NCBI GenBank assembly: GCA_963836235.1
Contig: CAWIIP010000002.1
Location: forward strand, 352,001-416,000
Reading direction: 5' to 3'
Source of the DNA: an uncultured Pseudomonadota bacterium
GTDB taxonomy: Bacteria; Oederibacteriota; Muellerivitia; Muellerivitales; Muellerivitaceae
Length of the DNA stretch: 64,000 nt
The position numbers and the translations under genes were made by a program. Shown here piece after piece: positions 28,745-38,933 of this stretch; the stretch's first letter is position 1; each line of letters opens with the position of its first letter. A model generated the notes under the pieces. That model was not told where the DNA came from. It made no database searches and saw nothing but the letters and a program-made list of their open reading frames with translations.

Positions 28745-30991
28745 TCAAGGCGTAATCACGATCTTCTTCCAAATCGTTGCCTTAGTGCCATCGGCATAAA
28801 CCATCTTTACCCGTACCAGATAAACCCCCGCCGCTGTTCCAGTGGTATTCCAGCAGTCGTTGAGGCCCGAGGAAAAGGTTAAGGTGGCCTTCGATTCCCT
28901 AACGAAATTAAAGACGTCCCATTGGCTGCTTTGGATCGGCTTGTCAGGGTAAAGGCAGATGGTCCCTCCTTTGGAGACAGGTACCGGCGCCAGGATCGCT
29001 TGGCCAAATGAGGATAATATCGGGGTGGGGGTGGCGGTGAAGGTGGAAGTGGGAGTGTAAGTATAAGTTGGAGTGCAGGTATTACCTGGGTAACCACAGG
29101 GCGTATAGGTTGGAGTCGGGGTGGGCGTATAAGTAATCGTCGGGGTATAGGTATGGGTGAAAGTTGGCGTGAAAGACATGGCCAAACTCACCAGATTATT
29201 GATTAGGTTTTGACCATTGGGGCTTCCCCAACCAGTTGCCAAGTCGAAACCTGTCACAGCAGGAAATTGGGTGACGCTGCCGTTGTTGCCCATAGTGATA
29301 TCGTGGAAGTCGCTATTGTAATTGACCCCTTTGGCAATTGAATAAAGGGTTGGATTCATAAAACCCATCGACCCTATCCCCGAAATGGCCGCTTGCTGGT
29401 TAACGAGCGCGGTAAACCCGGCCCAAAGAGGTGCCGAAGCGCTAGTGCCGCCCTCGTCATCTTGCCCTAGGCAATCGTAAACATAACAATCCGCCCCTAC
29501 CATGGAAACATCGGGAACGTTTCGATAAGTTGAAGAAACATAGTTAGTCCCCGTATTGAGTCCCGATTGATAGGGGGCATAGGTTGAAAGCGAATCACCC
29601 AGGAAGGAACCCGTTAATATCCCCCCGGTCGAATAAAACCAACCATCCGCGGGGGTTACGGCTTTTTCAGAGGACCATGCCGTACCGCTTCCACTCATGG
29701 TCAACTCGGTGGCCCCCACTAGGGTTTGATTAATTTCATCGTCATTTCCCAAACTATAATCACCATAGGGTGGATCAGAAATAAAACCACCTTCGTATGG
29801 CGAATTAGAATTACCATCTCCAGCGGCGAGAAAGTAAGACTGCCCTTGTGCGGCAAATTGACTTAAGATGTTGTTTTCGGTCGTTCGTGTGTCCGGGTCC
29901 CACCCCCAAGAACAGCTGATCTGTTGGCAGCTGTCATCAGTAGCTATACGGTTCAATACGTCGGCTTGAGCGGTTCCCATATAAACCACCACTTGGTTAA
30001 GGCCGGGTGCCATGGACATGGATAATTCGATGTCCATGGCCACTTCCACTTCAGGAGTACCGTCAGCCAAAGAACAATCGGTCGTTGTCGCTGCTGATAG
30101 ACCATCTAAATAAACGTTTGAAATGGGAACACTCAGGGGTGGATTGCATTGACTCTCGTAAGTAATTGGATCACTAGCCGTATAAACGGTGAATTCAACC
30201 AAAGCTAAGGATTGCCCGGCACCGGTAAGTGTTACGCCCGGCACATAGGCGTTCCGGTAATCGCTTCCAATAAAAGTTCCAAAACCACCAACCGTAGGAC
30301 CCGATCCTCCAACATGACCGACAGGCCTTCCATTGTTAAAAGACCGCCTTAGACGAGGCTTGGGACGAGTTTCATTATCAAGCCCGCTGATATGTTCAAC
30401 TTGAACATCCGAATCCAATGAGGGTTCTTGGTCCGGCGCATAGAAAACACTCCCATCCGGCCTTCGGTAGTCGTTAATGTGGACATAGAAGGCTTTTTCG
30501 ACGTCTTGGGCTGACCCACTGACATCCAAAATCAATCGGTTGTTATAAGTGGCAGTCACTGTCAGATGATGGGACTGCGCGAAATCCTGGAGAGTTTGGT
30601 AATCCTGCTGGGTGGGGCCGAACATTTCGGCGAATTGGCCCGGATTGAGGTAATGGCGATACGAAGGACTTTGGGGATCATAAAGTTGTTTTAATAAATT
30701 CTGAAGATTTTGGGTGTTTCGAAGAGGCAAAGAAATAGCCAATCGAATAATAGAAGCCCCATCATGATGTCCCACAAGGAGGGCCGCTGGAATCGATTGG
30801 TTTCGGTGGCCTTTCAGTTGTTGTCGTCCCGCTGCCCAGGTTCGCGCCTGACCGTCCGCAAGTAAAAAGAACATCGTGAAAAAGGTCGCTAGAACCCAAA
30901 AGAACCCTGAATTAGTTCGTTTTTCCAATGTTATTCCCATGGAAGGGCCCAAAATTACCCCATATGGACCCAAAATTTCATTCCAACTCAC
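28745..30991 (-). CDS. S53 (sedolisin/kumamolisin) peptidase with propeptide, Thr linker and variant CTD
   Basis: Propeptide LYDPQSPSYRHYL..FGP; EVAMD, AAGD, RNVPDVS, GGTSASAP, FDLATGWGSP; start codon uncertain. Confidence 0.9.
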   Translation of the reverse strand: MSWNEILGPYGVILGPSMGITLEKRTNSGFFWVLATFFTMFFLLADGQARTWAAGRQQLKGHRNQSIPAALLVGHHDGASIIRLAISLPLRNTQNLQNLLKQLYDPQSPSYRHYLNPGQFAEMFGPTQQDYQTLQDFAQSHHLTVTATYNNRLILDVSGSAQDVEKAFYVHINDYRRPDGSVFYAPDQEPSLDSDVQVEHISGLDNETRPKPRLRRSFNNGRPVGHVGGSGPTVGGFGTFIGSDYRNAYVPGVTLTGAGQSLALVEFTVYTASDPITYESQCNPPLSVPISNVYLDGLSAATTTDCSLADGTPEVEVAMDIELSMSMAPGLNQVVVYMGTAQADVLNRIATDDSCQQISCSWGWDPDTRTTENNILSQFAAQGQSYFLAAGDGNSNSPYEGGFISDPPYGDYSLGNDDEINQTLVGATELTMSGSGTAWSSEKAVTPADGWFYSTGGILTGSFLGDSLSTYAPYQSGLNTGTNYVSSTYRNVPDVSMVGADCYVYDCLGQDDEGGTSASAPLWAGFTALVNQQAAISGIGSMGFMNPTLYSIAKGVNYNSDFHDITMGNNGSVTQFPAVTGFDLATGWGSPNGQNLINNLVSLAMSFTPTFTHTYTPTITYTPTPTPTYTPCGYPGNTCTPTYTYTPTSTFTATPTPILSSFGQAILAPVPVSKGGTICLYPDKPIQSSQWDVFNFVRESKATLTFSSGLNDCWNTTGTAAGVYLVRVKMVYADGTKATIWKKIVITP

Positions 30992-31127
30992 TTAATTAAG
31001 ATTATCACAAGACATTGGGCTTAAGACATTCCAAATATTGAATCTTTTAGTAAATCGACGAATCAGCCTAGGAATGGCAAAAGATTGGAATCTCGAAAAA
31101 TGGCATCTCTTTAAAAAATAAAGGGAC

Positions 31128-31790
31128 TTAACCCAACCGGTTGATATCCCGGCTCTCAATCCATTTTTCGGGAGCCCCATCCTTGGCGAGTTTGATCATC
31201 GCCCGTCCCACCTTTCGAGTGGTCGTAACGGAATCAGGAAAGAAAAGTTTAAACAAAGGAAAGAGCGGCCCCAAAACCGTTAGGAGAACCCGAAGCCATT
31301 TGTTCTTGGGCTTGATCCCGTCTTGTGGCTCAATGGCACCAGGCCGAAACATATAAGCCGCCTTGAAAGGCAGGCCTAGGATGGCATTCTCCGTCTCGCC
31401 CTTCACCCTCGCCCACATAACCCGTCCCTTTTCCGTGTTGTCGGTTCCCGTCCCGGACACATAAATGAAGGTCATATCCGGGTTCAACTTGGCCAAAATC
31501 TTCGCCGCCGCCAAAGTGAAATCATAGGTCACATGACGGTAAGCCTGCTCACTCATCCCCACCGAGGAAACGCCCAGGCAGAAAAAACAGGCGTCATAGC
31601 CCGACAATTCGCTTTCAATGGGAGAAAAATCTTCAAAGTTTTTGTGGATGAATTCACGCAGCTTGGGATGATTTTGCCCTGTGGTCCCTCTGCCAATGAC
31701 CAGCACCTGGGTGACATCCGGATCGGTCAGGCATTCCCTCAGGACACCCTGCCCCACCATACCTGTCGCCCCAAATAGTATGACCTTCAT
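31128..31790 (-). CDS. NAD(P)-binding epimerase-like protein
   Basis: [26 protein letters not shown]. Confidence 0.85.
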   Translation of the reverse strand: MKVILFGATGMVGQGVLRECLTDPDVTQVLVIGRGTTGQNHPKLREFIHKNFEDFSPIESELSGYDACFFCLGVSSVGMSEQAYRHVTYDFTLAAAKILAKLNPDMTFIYVSGTGTDNTEKGRVMWARVKGETENAILGLPFKAAYMFRPGAIEPQDGIKPKNKWLRVLLTVLGPLFPLFKLFFPDSVTTTRKVGRAMIKLAKDGAPEKWIESRDINRLG

Positions 31791-33628
31791 TGCGCCGCTA
31801 CCTTATTTCGTTTGGCTTCTAATTCTTCCCAACGCATGAAAAAGGAATCCAGCTTGACTTGCTCGGCGTCAGCCTTCTTCTGTTGTTGCCGTAGTTTGTG
31901 GACATCCGAAGCGATTTCGGGATCCTCCAGTTTAGCTTTGGCCACTCGAAGCTTTTCCTCGGCGGCTCGAATCGCGGTTTCCATATCTTTAAGTTCCTGA
32001 ATCTCTTGGGCCGATAACGCCTTGGGAGAATCTTTTGGGGAACCCGGCTTTCCGGGTTGAGATATCTTTCCTTTATTTTCTTTCTCTTTGACTCGCTCCC
32101 TGGATCGAAAATCCTCCCATTGGGCCAAATCCGCGAAAAAGTCGGCATGGCCTTTACCATCGAGCGCTAGGATACGGTGGCTCACGCGGTCTAGCAGGTA
32201 ACGATCATGCGTTACCAGCACCAGGGCTCCCGGAAACTCTACCAGGCTTTGCTCCAACACTTCCAAAGAGGGAATATCCAGATCGTTCGTGGGTTCGTCC
32301 AACAACAACAAGTCCGCGGGCCTCAACATGAGCCGCGCGATTAACACACGCGACTGTTCCCCCCCGGAAAAGCGGTTCAACGGCCTGTCCAATTGGTCTT
32401 TGTCGAAAAGAAATCGGGTGGCCCAGCTGGCCACATGAATGCGGCTCTCTTTATAGCTCACGTAATCACCCGTATCGCAAAGGGCCTTACGAAGGGTTTG
32501 GTTCAAATCCAACTGGTCCCGATGTTGGTCAAAAGTCACTACCCGCAGCCGTTCCGCCTGCTTGACCGTTCCGGAATCGGGCTGGATTTCACCCGCCAGC
32601 ATTTTCAGCAAAGTGCTTTTTCCGCTTCCGTTCTCACCTAACAGACCCAGCTTATCCCCCGGTGTTAGTAGTAAATCTAAGGATCCGAAGAGCTTGCGCC
32701 CACCCAGGCTTTTGGCCACCTTTTCCGCCGCGACCAAGCGCTTCGTCTGACGTTCACTGCCTGAGAAATCTATATCCACGCTTTTACCCTGGGAGTTTCG
32801 GTATTTCAATTCCCCCAGTTCCCCCATCAATTCCCCGGCCCGGTCAATACGCGCTTGCTGTTTAGTCTGGCGGGCTTTGGGCCCCCGGCGAAGCCATTCG
32901 ATTTCCCGGCGAACCAGATTGGCAACCGTATCTTCCCGCTGGGCCTGGCTATTAAAGAGATTGTCCTTTTTTTCCAAAAATTGGCTGTAATTTCCCTCAT
33001 TGCTGAAATAACCTTCCGGATAACCTTTGTTCAGTTCGATGACACGGTTGCTTACTTGCTCCAAAAAGCGCCTATCGTGGGTCACTACAAGGAATGAAAA
33101 ATTCAAGGTTTCTATAAAACTCTCGAGCCAAAGCACTCCTTCCATGTCCAGGTGATTTGTAGGTTCGTCAAGCAAAAGTAAATCCGGTTCCCGTAGAACC
33201 TGGGTCAGGATGGCAAGCCTTTTGCGCCAGCCGCCAGAAAGCTTTGTGACCTTTTGGCTTGGATCTGTAAATCCGGCCTCGTCAAGACCCGCATCCACCC
33301 GGATATCGACTTCGTAATCTTCCAATCCTAAGCCCTCCAAACCTTTGGCCAGGGCGGTTCGGACATCCAAATCCTCTTTCGTGTCCTCAAAGCGGTCCTG
33401 TTGGGCTAGATAACCAACCCGAAGCCCTTTTCGCGCTGAAATGATTCCGCTATCCGGTTTGTCAAGCCCGGCCAGGATCTTGATCAATGTCGATTTTCCC
33501 GTTCCATTGGGCCCAATGAGACCCGTGCGTTCACCCTCGAAGAGGCCGAAGGAGAGGTTCTCGAAAAGTGGCCGAGCCCCGAAGCTTTTGGATAGATTTT
33601 GACAACTTAACAAGATTCCCACGGTCAT
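31787..33628 (-). CDS. uup: ABC-F ATPase, Uup-like
   Basis: Two ABC domains ([28 protein letters not shown]), [16 protein letters not shown]-terminal RWEELE. Confidence 0.85.
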   Translation of the reverse strand: MTVGILLSCQNLSKSFGARPLFENLSFGLFEGERTGLIGPNGTGKSTLIKILAGLDKPDSGIISARKGLRVGYLAQQDRFEDTKEDLDVRTALAKGLEGLGLEDYEVDIRVDAGLDEAGFTDPSQKVTKLSGGWRKRLAILTQVLREPDLLLLDEPTNHLDMEGVLWLESFIETLNFSFLVVTHDRRFLEQVSNRVIELNKGYPEGYFSNEGNYSQFLEKKDNLFNSQAQREDTVANLVRREIEWLRRGPKARQTKQQARIDRAGELMGELGELKYRNSQGKSVDIDFSGSERQTKRLVAAEKVAKSLGGRKLFGSLDLLLTPGDKLGLLGENGSGKSTLLKMLAGEIQPDSGTVKQAERLRVVTFDQHRDQLDLNQTLRKALCDTGDYVSYKESRIHVASWATRFLFDKDQLDRPLNRFSGGEQSRVLIARLMLRPADLLLLDEPTNDLDIPSLEVLEQSLVEFPGALVLVTHDRYLLDRVSHRILALDGKGHADFFADLAQWEDFRSRERVKEKENKGKISQPGKPGSPKDSPKALSAQEIQELKDMETAIRAAEEKLRVAKAKLEDPEIASDVHKLRQQQKKADAEQVKLDSFFMRWEELEAKRNKVAAQ

Positions 33629-33869
33629 AATCCTTAACGATCGTAATTAGCGGAGGTAAGGATAAGGGCGGAAAAGCCAAAAGCAAAGTCTATTTAAAGA
33701 CTTTTATCCGGCAGACAAAAGAATACTTTTAGGAGAGATGTCCAAAGGGGATGGATTTCAGGATCGAATGATTCCGAGGAAAACCTAAGGCATTAATTTA
33801 AGAGGATTGAAATGAAAACCAGGGGATGATGTCAATTGATAGAAACTGTTCCTTTTCTTAAATTTCGAG

Positions 33870-34139
33870 TTAAACTTTCGCTGTTTCCCAACGCTTGAGG
33901 GCATAAACCTTATTGGATAATAACACGGCCAAAAACCTTGGAAATTGCATTTCAATCATTTTCAACAGTACATTTTCGTGCATCATTTCCATGGTCATTT
34001 TTGGATCGGTAAAGGCCCCTGATTGATAACATCGGCGGCAAAAGGTTTGTGAAAATCCGCCGTTTCTTTCTGTTCCCTTTTCAAAGTCCGTGCGGATGGG
34101 AGTAGCGCAACTTTGGCATATCAACTTGGAAAACTTCAT
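33870..34139 (-). CDS. Putative zinc-ribbon protein
   Basis: CQSCATP..GTE..FCRRCYQSGAFT..LKRW; ATGA overlap with upstream gene. Confidence 0.8.
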   Translation of the reverse strand: MKFSKLICQSCATPIRTDFEKGTERNGGFSQTFCRRCYQSGAFTDPKMTMEMMHENVLLKMIEMQFPRFLAVLLSNKVYALKRWETAKV

Positions 34140-34492
34140 GCCTTGGTCGCCGCTTCCTCGCCTACTTCCGTTCCTTCCACCGGCAGACCCGCCTTGTGCC
34201 ATTCCTGGAGACCACCCGAATAATTCAGGGCTGTGAGCCCGTGATCCTCTAGGGCTTGAACCGCCATATAGCTTTCTAAAAGACCGAAACGGTCACCGTA
34301 AGCGACAAAGGACTTCGCTTTCCCGTACTTCTCTTCAACTTCCTTTGAAAATACCGCCGGGTCCCCCGTCATGGGATGGCTTTGGGAACCATCGATATGC
34401 AGTTTCTTGAAATCACCTTTGGAAAGAACGTTTAAAACAACCACTTGGTCGCTCTTCATTTTCTCGAACAATTCAATCATATTTATTTTCAT
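34136..34492 (-). CDS. Rhodanese-like protein without active-site Cys
   Basis: HIDGS, YSGGLQEWHKAGLPVE; no Cys in the ORF. Confidence 0.75.
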   Translation of the reverse strand: MKINMIELFEKMKSDQVVVLNVLSKGDFKKLHIDGSQSHPMTGDPAVFSKEVEEKYGKAKSFVAYGDRFGLLESYMAVQALEDHGLTALNYSGGLQEWHKAGLPVEGTEVGEEAATKA

Positions 34493-34708
34493 CGTTGAAA
34501 TTCCTTTCGAGACTTAACCGGTGGACGATAGAAATTTTCCGGATGGGAGCGGCTCGTGTCGGATAGGTCTGCGTTAACTATAGGCTTTGTTGAGCAAAGA
34601 AAGGGATAAATCGCCGGGACTCAATAAACAGCTAAAAAAGGGCATCCCTCCCACTCCTCCTCCATCGGACCACTTGCCTTAAAGGAACGAACGGCGTAAA
34701 GTTAATGC

Positions 34709-35374
34709 ATGAATCAATCACCGGGAAACCGGCCCAACGAGGAGAAAACAATGTCAGCAAGCCTAAAGATTACGAAACAAAGCACTATGCAGGAGGTTCT
34801 GGATGCTTATCCGAGCGCCCAGCGAGCCCTCTTCCGCAAATATCACATCGGCGGATGCCATAGTTGCGGTTATGAACCCAATGACATCCTTGAGAATGTC
34901 GCTCAAAAACACAACATCACTGATATGGAAGAAGTATTGAACTTCATTGAGGAAGCGGAGCAAATTGACCAACGCATCAAGGTGAGCCCTGCGGACGTCG
35001 CGACAGCCATGAAAAGCCCTAACCCGCCCCGCTTGATTGACGTGCGGACCCCGGCGGAATGGGAAATGGCTAAGATCCCGGGAGCGCAGCTGATTACCGA
35101 GGAACTATCCTATGAGATTATGAACTGGCCAAAGAACACGCCCATGGTTTTCCACTGCCATAACGGGCAAAGAAGCATGGATGCGGCTTCTTATTTTGCA
35201 GGCCACGGCTTTACCAATGCCAAATCGATGACCGGTGGCATTGATGCATGGTCGGTTTCGATTGACCCCTCCGTCCCACGCTACGAAGTGGCCCGCGATA
35301 TGTCCACCGGAAGGCCCAGGCTCCAGCCCTTGCGTTTGGTAGTTTCCAAAGCTGAAGGTTGTATCACTCCTTAA
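34709..35374 (+). CDS. Rhodanese-domain protein with N-terminal CxxC domain (start possibly 34751)
   Basis: GGCHSCG; LIDVRTPAEW, FHCHNGQRS, GGIDAWS. Confidence 0.8.
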   Translation: MNQSPGNRPNEEKTMSASLKITKQSTMQEVLDAYPSAQRALFRKYHIGGCHSCGYEPNDILENVAQKHNITDMEEVLNFIEEAEQIDQRIKVSPADVATAMKSPNPPRLIDVRTPAEWEMAKIPGAQLITEELSYEIMNWPKNTPMVFHCHNGQRSMDAASYFAGHGFTNAKSMTGGIDAWSVSIDPSVPRYEVARDMSTGRPRLQPLRLVVSKAEGCITP

Positions 35375-35396
35375 TTCTGCAGAATCCGTAGAATCT

Positions 35397-35432
35397 AAAG
35401 GGCCGTTCCGAAAGGATCGGCCCTTTTTATTT
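35397..35432 (+). terminator. Rho-independent terminator
   Basis: AAAGGGCCG..CGGCCCTTTTT stem plus T-tract. Confidence 0.8.
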
Positions 35433-35500
35433 TCTCCTATTTCTCCTAGGCGGTTGTGGACAAATGTAACTTCACTTAAAGCGACGGCGTAACAAATAAC

Positions 35501-36283
35501 GTGTCCTTTAAATTTTTAAAACCTCCATTATTTTTCATGGGTATATCCTTTCTAATTCCTACCATCGGAATGACCAGTTCTCTTTCCGAATCGCCCATTT
35601 TGATCGAGTTATTCACATCCCAAGGTTGTTCTAGCTGCCCACCAGCGGAAATCCTGATAAATGGTTGGGGTATGGAACTTTTTCACGCCGGTAAAGCCTT
35701 GCCTTTGTGCTTCCATGTGGATTACTGGGATAGCCTTGGATGGAAATATCCCTTCGCCTCCCCTCTTTTCACTGAACGCCAGGATCGATACGCAAGCGCC
35801 TTTGGTTCCGCTTCCCTGTATACGCCGGAACTGGTTATTTCAGGCCGCTCAGGTTTCGTCGGATCCGACGCCCAAAGGAGCCAGCAGGAAATTGAGGATT
35901 GGCACAATCGCAGAGACTCGGCCCAAATTACGCTCTTGGTCTCATTAGAAACGGAAGTCTTAAACCTCAAAATCAAACTCCAACCTTTGGACGATCATCT
36001 AAGCGACCGACGCTGGAAAGTTATGACGGCGGTCTTTGAGAATCACTTAATGACCCATGTGGAAAAAGGTGAAAACAGCGGCAGGGACTTAATTGAAAAT
36101 TTCGTCGTTCAACGGCTGGCCGAGACGAAAAGAGTTTCTTTGGAAAAAGTGGAATGGATAGATGTCGCCATTCCCCTTCGGTCGGATTGGCAAAAGGACT
36201 TTACCGGTGTCGCCGTTTTTTTACAGGACGAGTCCACTTTGAGGATCGGTGGCGTGAATTGGGTTTACCCTATCTCCCAATGA
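35501..36283 (+). CDS. DUF1223 thioredoxin-like secreted protein
   Basis: ELFTSQGCSSCPPA, FHVDYWD.LGW, YTPE, GENSGR. Confidence 0.85.
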   Translation: MSFKFLKPPLFFMGISFLIPTIGMTSSLSESPILIELFTSQGCSSCPPAEILINGWGMELFHAGKALPLCFHVDYWDSLGWKYPFASPLFTERQDRYASAFGSASLYTPELVISGRSGFVGSDAQRSQQEIEDWHNRRDSAQITLLVSLETEVLNLKIKLQPLDDHLSDRRWKVMTAVFENHLMTHVEKGENSGRDLIENFVVQRLAETKRVSLEKVEWIDVAIPLRSDWQKDFTGVAVFLQDESTLRIGGVNWVYPISQ

Positions 36284-36316
36284 AACTTGGGTAAACGCTG
36301 CCTATCTTCTTTGAAC

Positions 36317-38125
36317 TTAATTGAGATAGTCCCTGAGCAAGCGGCTGCGGGACGGATGCATCAGCTTTCTCAAAGCTTTAGCCTCTATCTGACGCACACG
36401 CTCACGGGTAACCTTATAAATGTTGCCTACTTCTTCCAAGGTATGAGGGGAACCGTCCGTCAGGCCAAAGCGCAGGCGCAAAACCTCCGCTTCCCTTTCC
36501 TTGAGCGTTCCCAGAACTTTAGAAATATGTTCTCTTAAAAGCACGAAAGCTGCCGCGTCATCCGGACTGACAGCTTCCTTATCCGCGATGAAATCCCCCA
36601 AATGACTGTCTTTTTCTTCACCAAGAGGCGTTTCCAGTGAAATCGGGTTCTGAGCAATCTTGAGGACCGCGCGTACTTTTTCGACCGGCATTTCCATCCG
36701 CTTAGCGATCTCATCCGACGTGGGCTCGTGCCCCAATTCCTGCACTAAATCGCGGGAAGTCTGAATAGATTTGTTAATGACTTCGTGCATATGGACCGGA
36801 ATACGAATCGTACGGCTCATGTCCGCGATGGCGCGGGTAATGGACTGACGGATCCACCAAGTGGCATAAGTGGAAAACTTATAACCTCGGCGGTACTCGA
36901 ATTTCTCAACACCCCGCATAAGGCCGATATTACCCTCCTGGATAAGATCCAGGAAAGGAAGCCCACGGTTGTTGTATTTCTTTGCAATGGAGATAACCAA
37001 TCGCAAATTGGCTTCAACCAGCTCCATGCGGGAATGGTAAGCCTCTCGCTCGCCTACCCGGATAGTACGCATCATGATCTTTAAATGATTCCGGTCGGTC
37101 ATGGCTTCTTTCTCAAGACGCTTTATTTCCCGACGCGCCACGTCCCAAAGCCGGCAAGCCTTGATAAACTCCTCGCCCTTCAAGGCGCTTTTCTTCTCCA
37201 TGGATTTAACATCCACCGGTTCTCCGTCTTTGAGCAGGCTGGGGAGTTTGATATAAAGCTCGGGGGAAAGCTTCATCCTTTTTTCCTGGGAGTGCATGAT
37301 ATGCTCATGTTCCTCAATAGCCTCACCTCGGTCACGAAGGGAAGCCGTAAAACGTTCCTTCACCTTCTTTTGGAACTGACAATCCTTGACCAGCCAGATG
37401 AGGTCGATAAGCTTGGCGTCCAATTGCTCGGCCAGGACTTTTCTTTTTTCCTCTCCTAAGGACTTGAGGCCCACTTTATGCTGCAAAGCCTTGATCTGAC
37501 GCTCCAAGGCCTTAAGCTTGACGTGGTTCTTCCGAATTTTGGCCAGTATCTTTTTCTCTGGTGGTCCCCCCGGCAGTTCGGCGTAGGAATCTAGATTTAT
37601 AGTTTCTTGAATGGTCTTTTTTTTCTTGATGATGTCAGTGAGGAGGTTGTTCAATTCCTGGAATCCCAATAGCGAACCCAGGACAGCCTTATCCACCTTG
37701 AATTCGCCAGCCTCAATGCGCTTAGCGATAGCGATTTCTTCAGCGCGGGTTAGGAGCGAAATCCTGCCCATCTGATGCAGATACATCTTGACGGGATCAC
37801 CGACACGGGTCTCAACTCCGGCGGTGTCGAGTGCCTTCTCGAAAACCTCATCCTCGTCTGGATCTTCGTCCTTCATGCTTGTCCCGGGAACGGCAGCCTC
37901 AACTTCCTTTTCATCATCCGGGATTGCGGTTTTCTCCTCTTGGTCAACGATCTTGATGTCGTTTTCACCCAGCATAAGGAGAATGTCGTCAATCTCTTCG
38001 GAGGAAACGACCTCGTCCGGCAGGATGTCGTTCACCTGTTTAAAGGTGATATAACCTTTTTCTTTCCCTACTTTGAGAATATTATTGGCGTGTTCCGACT
38101 TGTTCTTGGGCGCTTCTGACTTCAT
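36317..38125 (-). CDS. rpoD: RNA polymerase sigma-70 factor RpoD
   Basis: Region 1.1, [46 protein letters not shown]. Confidence 0.95.
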   Translation of the reverse strand: MKSEAPKNKSEHANNILKVGKEKGYITFKQVNDILPDEVVSSEEIDDILLMLGENDIKIVDQEEKTAIPDDEKEVEAAVPGTSMKDEDPDEDEVFEKALDTAGVETRVGDPVKMYLHQMGRISLLTRAEEIAIAKRIEAGEFKVDKAVLGSLLGFQELNNLLTDIIKKKKTIQETINLDSYAELPGGPPEKKILAKIRKNHVKLKALERQIKALQHKVGLKSLGEEKRKVLAEQLDAKLIDLIWLVKDCQFQKKVKERFTASLRDRGEAIEEHEHIMHSQEKRMKLSPELYIKLPSLLKDGEPVDVKSMEKKSALKGEEFIKACRLWDVARREIKRLEKEAMTDRNHLKIMMRTIRVGEREAYHSRMELVEANLRLVISIAKKYNNRGLPFLDLIQEGNIGLMRGVEKFEYRRGYKFSTYATWWIRQSITRAIADMSRTIRIPVHMHEVINKSIQTSRDLVQELGHEPTSDEIAKRMEMPVEKVRAVLKIAQNPISLETPLGEEKDSHLGDFIADKEAVSPDDAAAFVLLREHISKVLGTLKEREAEVLRLRFGLTDGSPHTLEEVGNIYKVTRERVRQIEAKALRKLMHPSRSRLLRDYLN

Positions 38126-38371
38126 GAAGTCTCCACCTCTTAAGAGAATTATTTCTTTGCTTTTTAAGAATCAGGTTCAAAACCACTACCCGTGACAACC
38201 AGCTTTTTACTTGGTTTAACCACAAGGAGGCTTATTGTACCGCAATAATAAGTTCGGTTGGGATTGTTCTAAAAGAAAGGGGCTTATAAATTCGGCACCC
38301 TCGTTTACCATCGATAAAATACAGCATAAATCCTATTGTTAAGAGGATTAGGGCAGGCCGGTGACTTTGGA

Positions 38372-38908
38372 CTAAAATTTATTACCATTGATCCAATTTT
38401 GAACTTCTTGTTCAACCGAAAATGGCATTTCCGGGTTTTGGGAATAGGCCTTATCCAAAGCATAGGCGTTTTTTTCCAGAGGGATTGATTCATAGGCCCC
38501 AGTGGCCAAGAACCCCCGAAAGTATTTGTTGGCGAACTGTTTAAGGCCAAGTTTTTGGTATTGAACCGCATGCACGAGCTCGTGAAATTGGATTTGTGGT
38601 TTCAACTCTTCATAGGAAACAACCACATCCATAAATGTTATCGCCCGAAGATGGTCGAGAGAAAAATAAATTCCTCTATCATTCAACTCCTTTAAAAAAA
38701 CAGGGTCTTCGATGGGCCCGTCATTCTTATGGAAAAAAAAGGTATTCTTTAAAAGACCAATATTAAAAAAAGAGCTGAACTTCTCAATCTGGATTTGTGG
38801 TAAGAGTTCGGCTCGTTCTAAATAAGCGTCTCTTTGGCCCCGGATAAAAACAGCGATCAAGGCCGAATAGTCGACGATTTCTTCTTCTGAAAACTTGGTG
38901 GCAACCAA
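38372..38908 (-). CDS. HExxH-containing hypothetical protein (DUF4157-like zincin)
   Basis: AITF, FHELVHAVQY, YESIPLEKNAY; start placed just after the clpB stop. Confidence 0.6.
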   Translation of the reverse strand: MVATKFSEEEIVDYSALIAVFIRGQRDAYLERAELLPQIQIEKFSSFFNIGLLKNTFFFHKNDGPIEDPVFLKELNDRGIYFSLDHLRAITFMDVVVSYEELKPQIQFHELVHAVQYQKLGLKQFANKYFRGFLATGAYESIPLEKNAYALDKAYSQNPEMPFSVEQEVQNWINGNKF

Positions 38909-38933
38909 GATAAACCATTCTTTCTTTTGTGCT

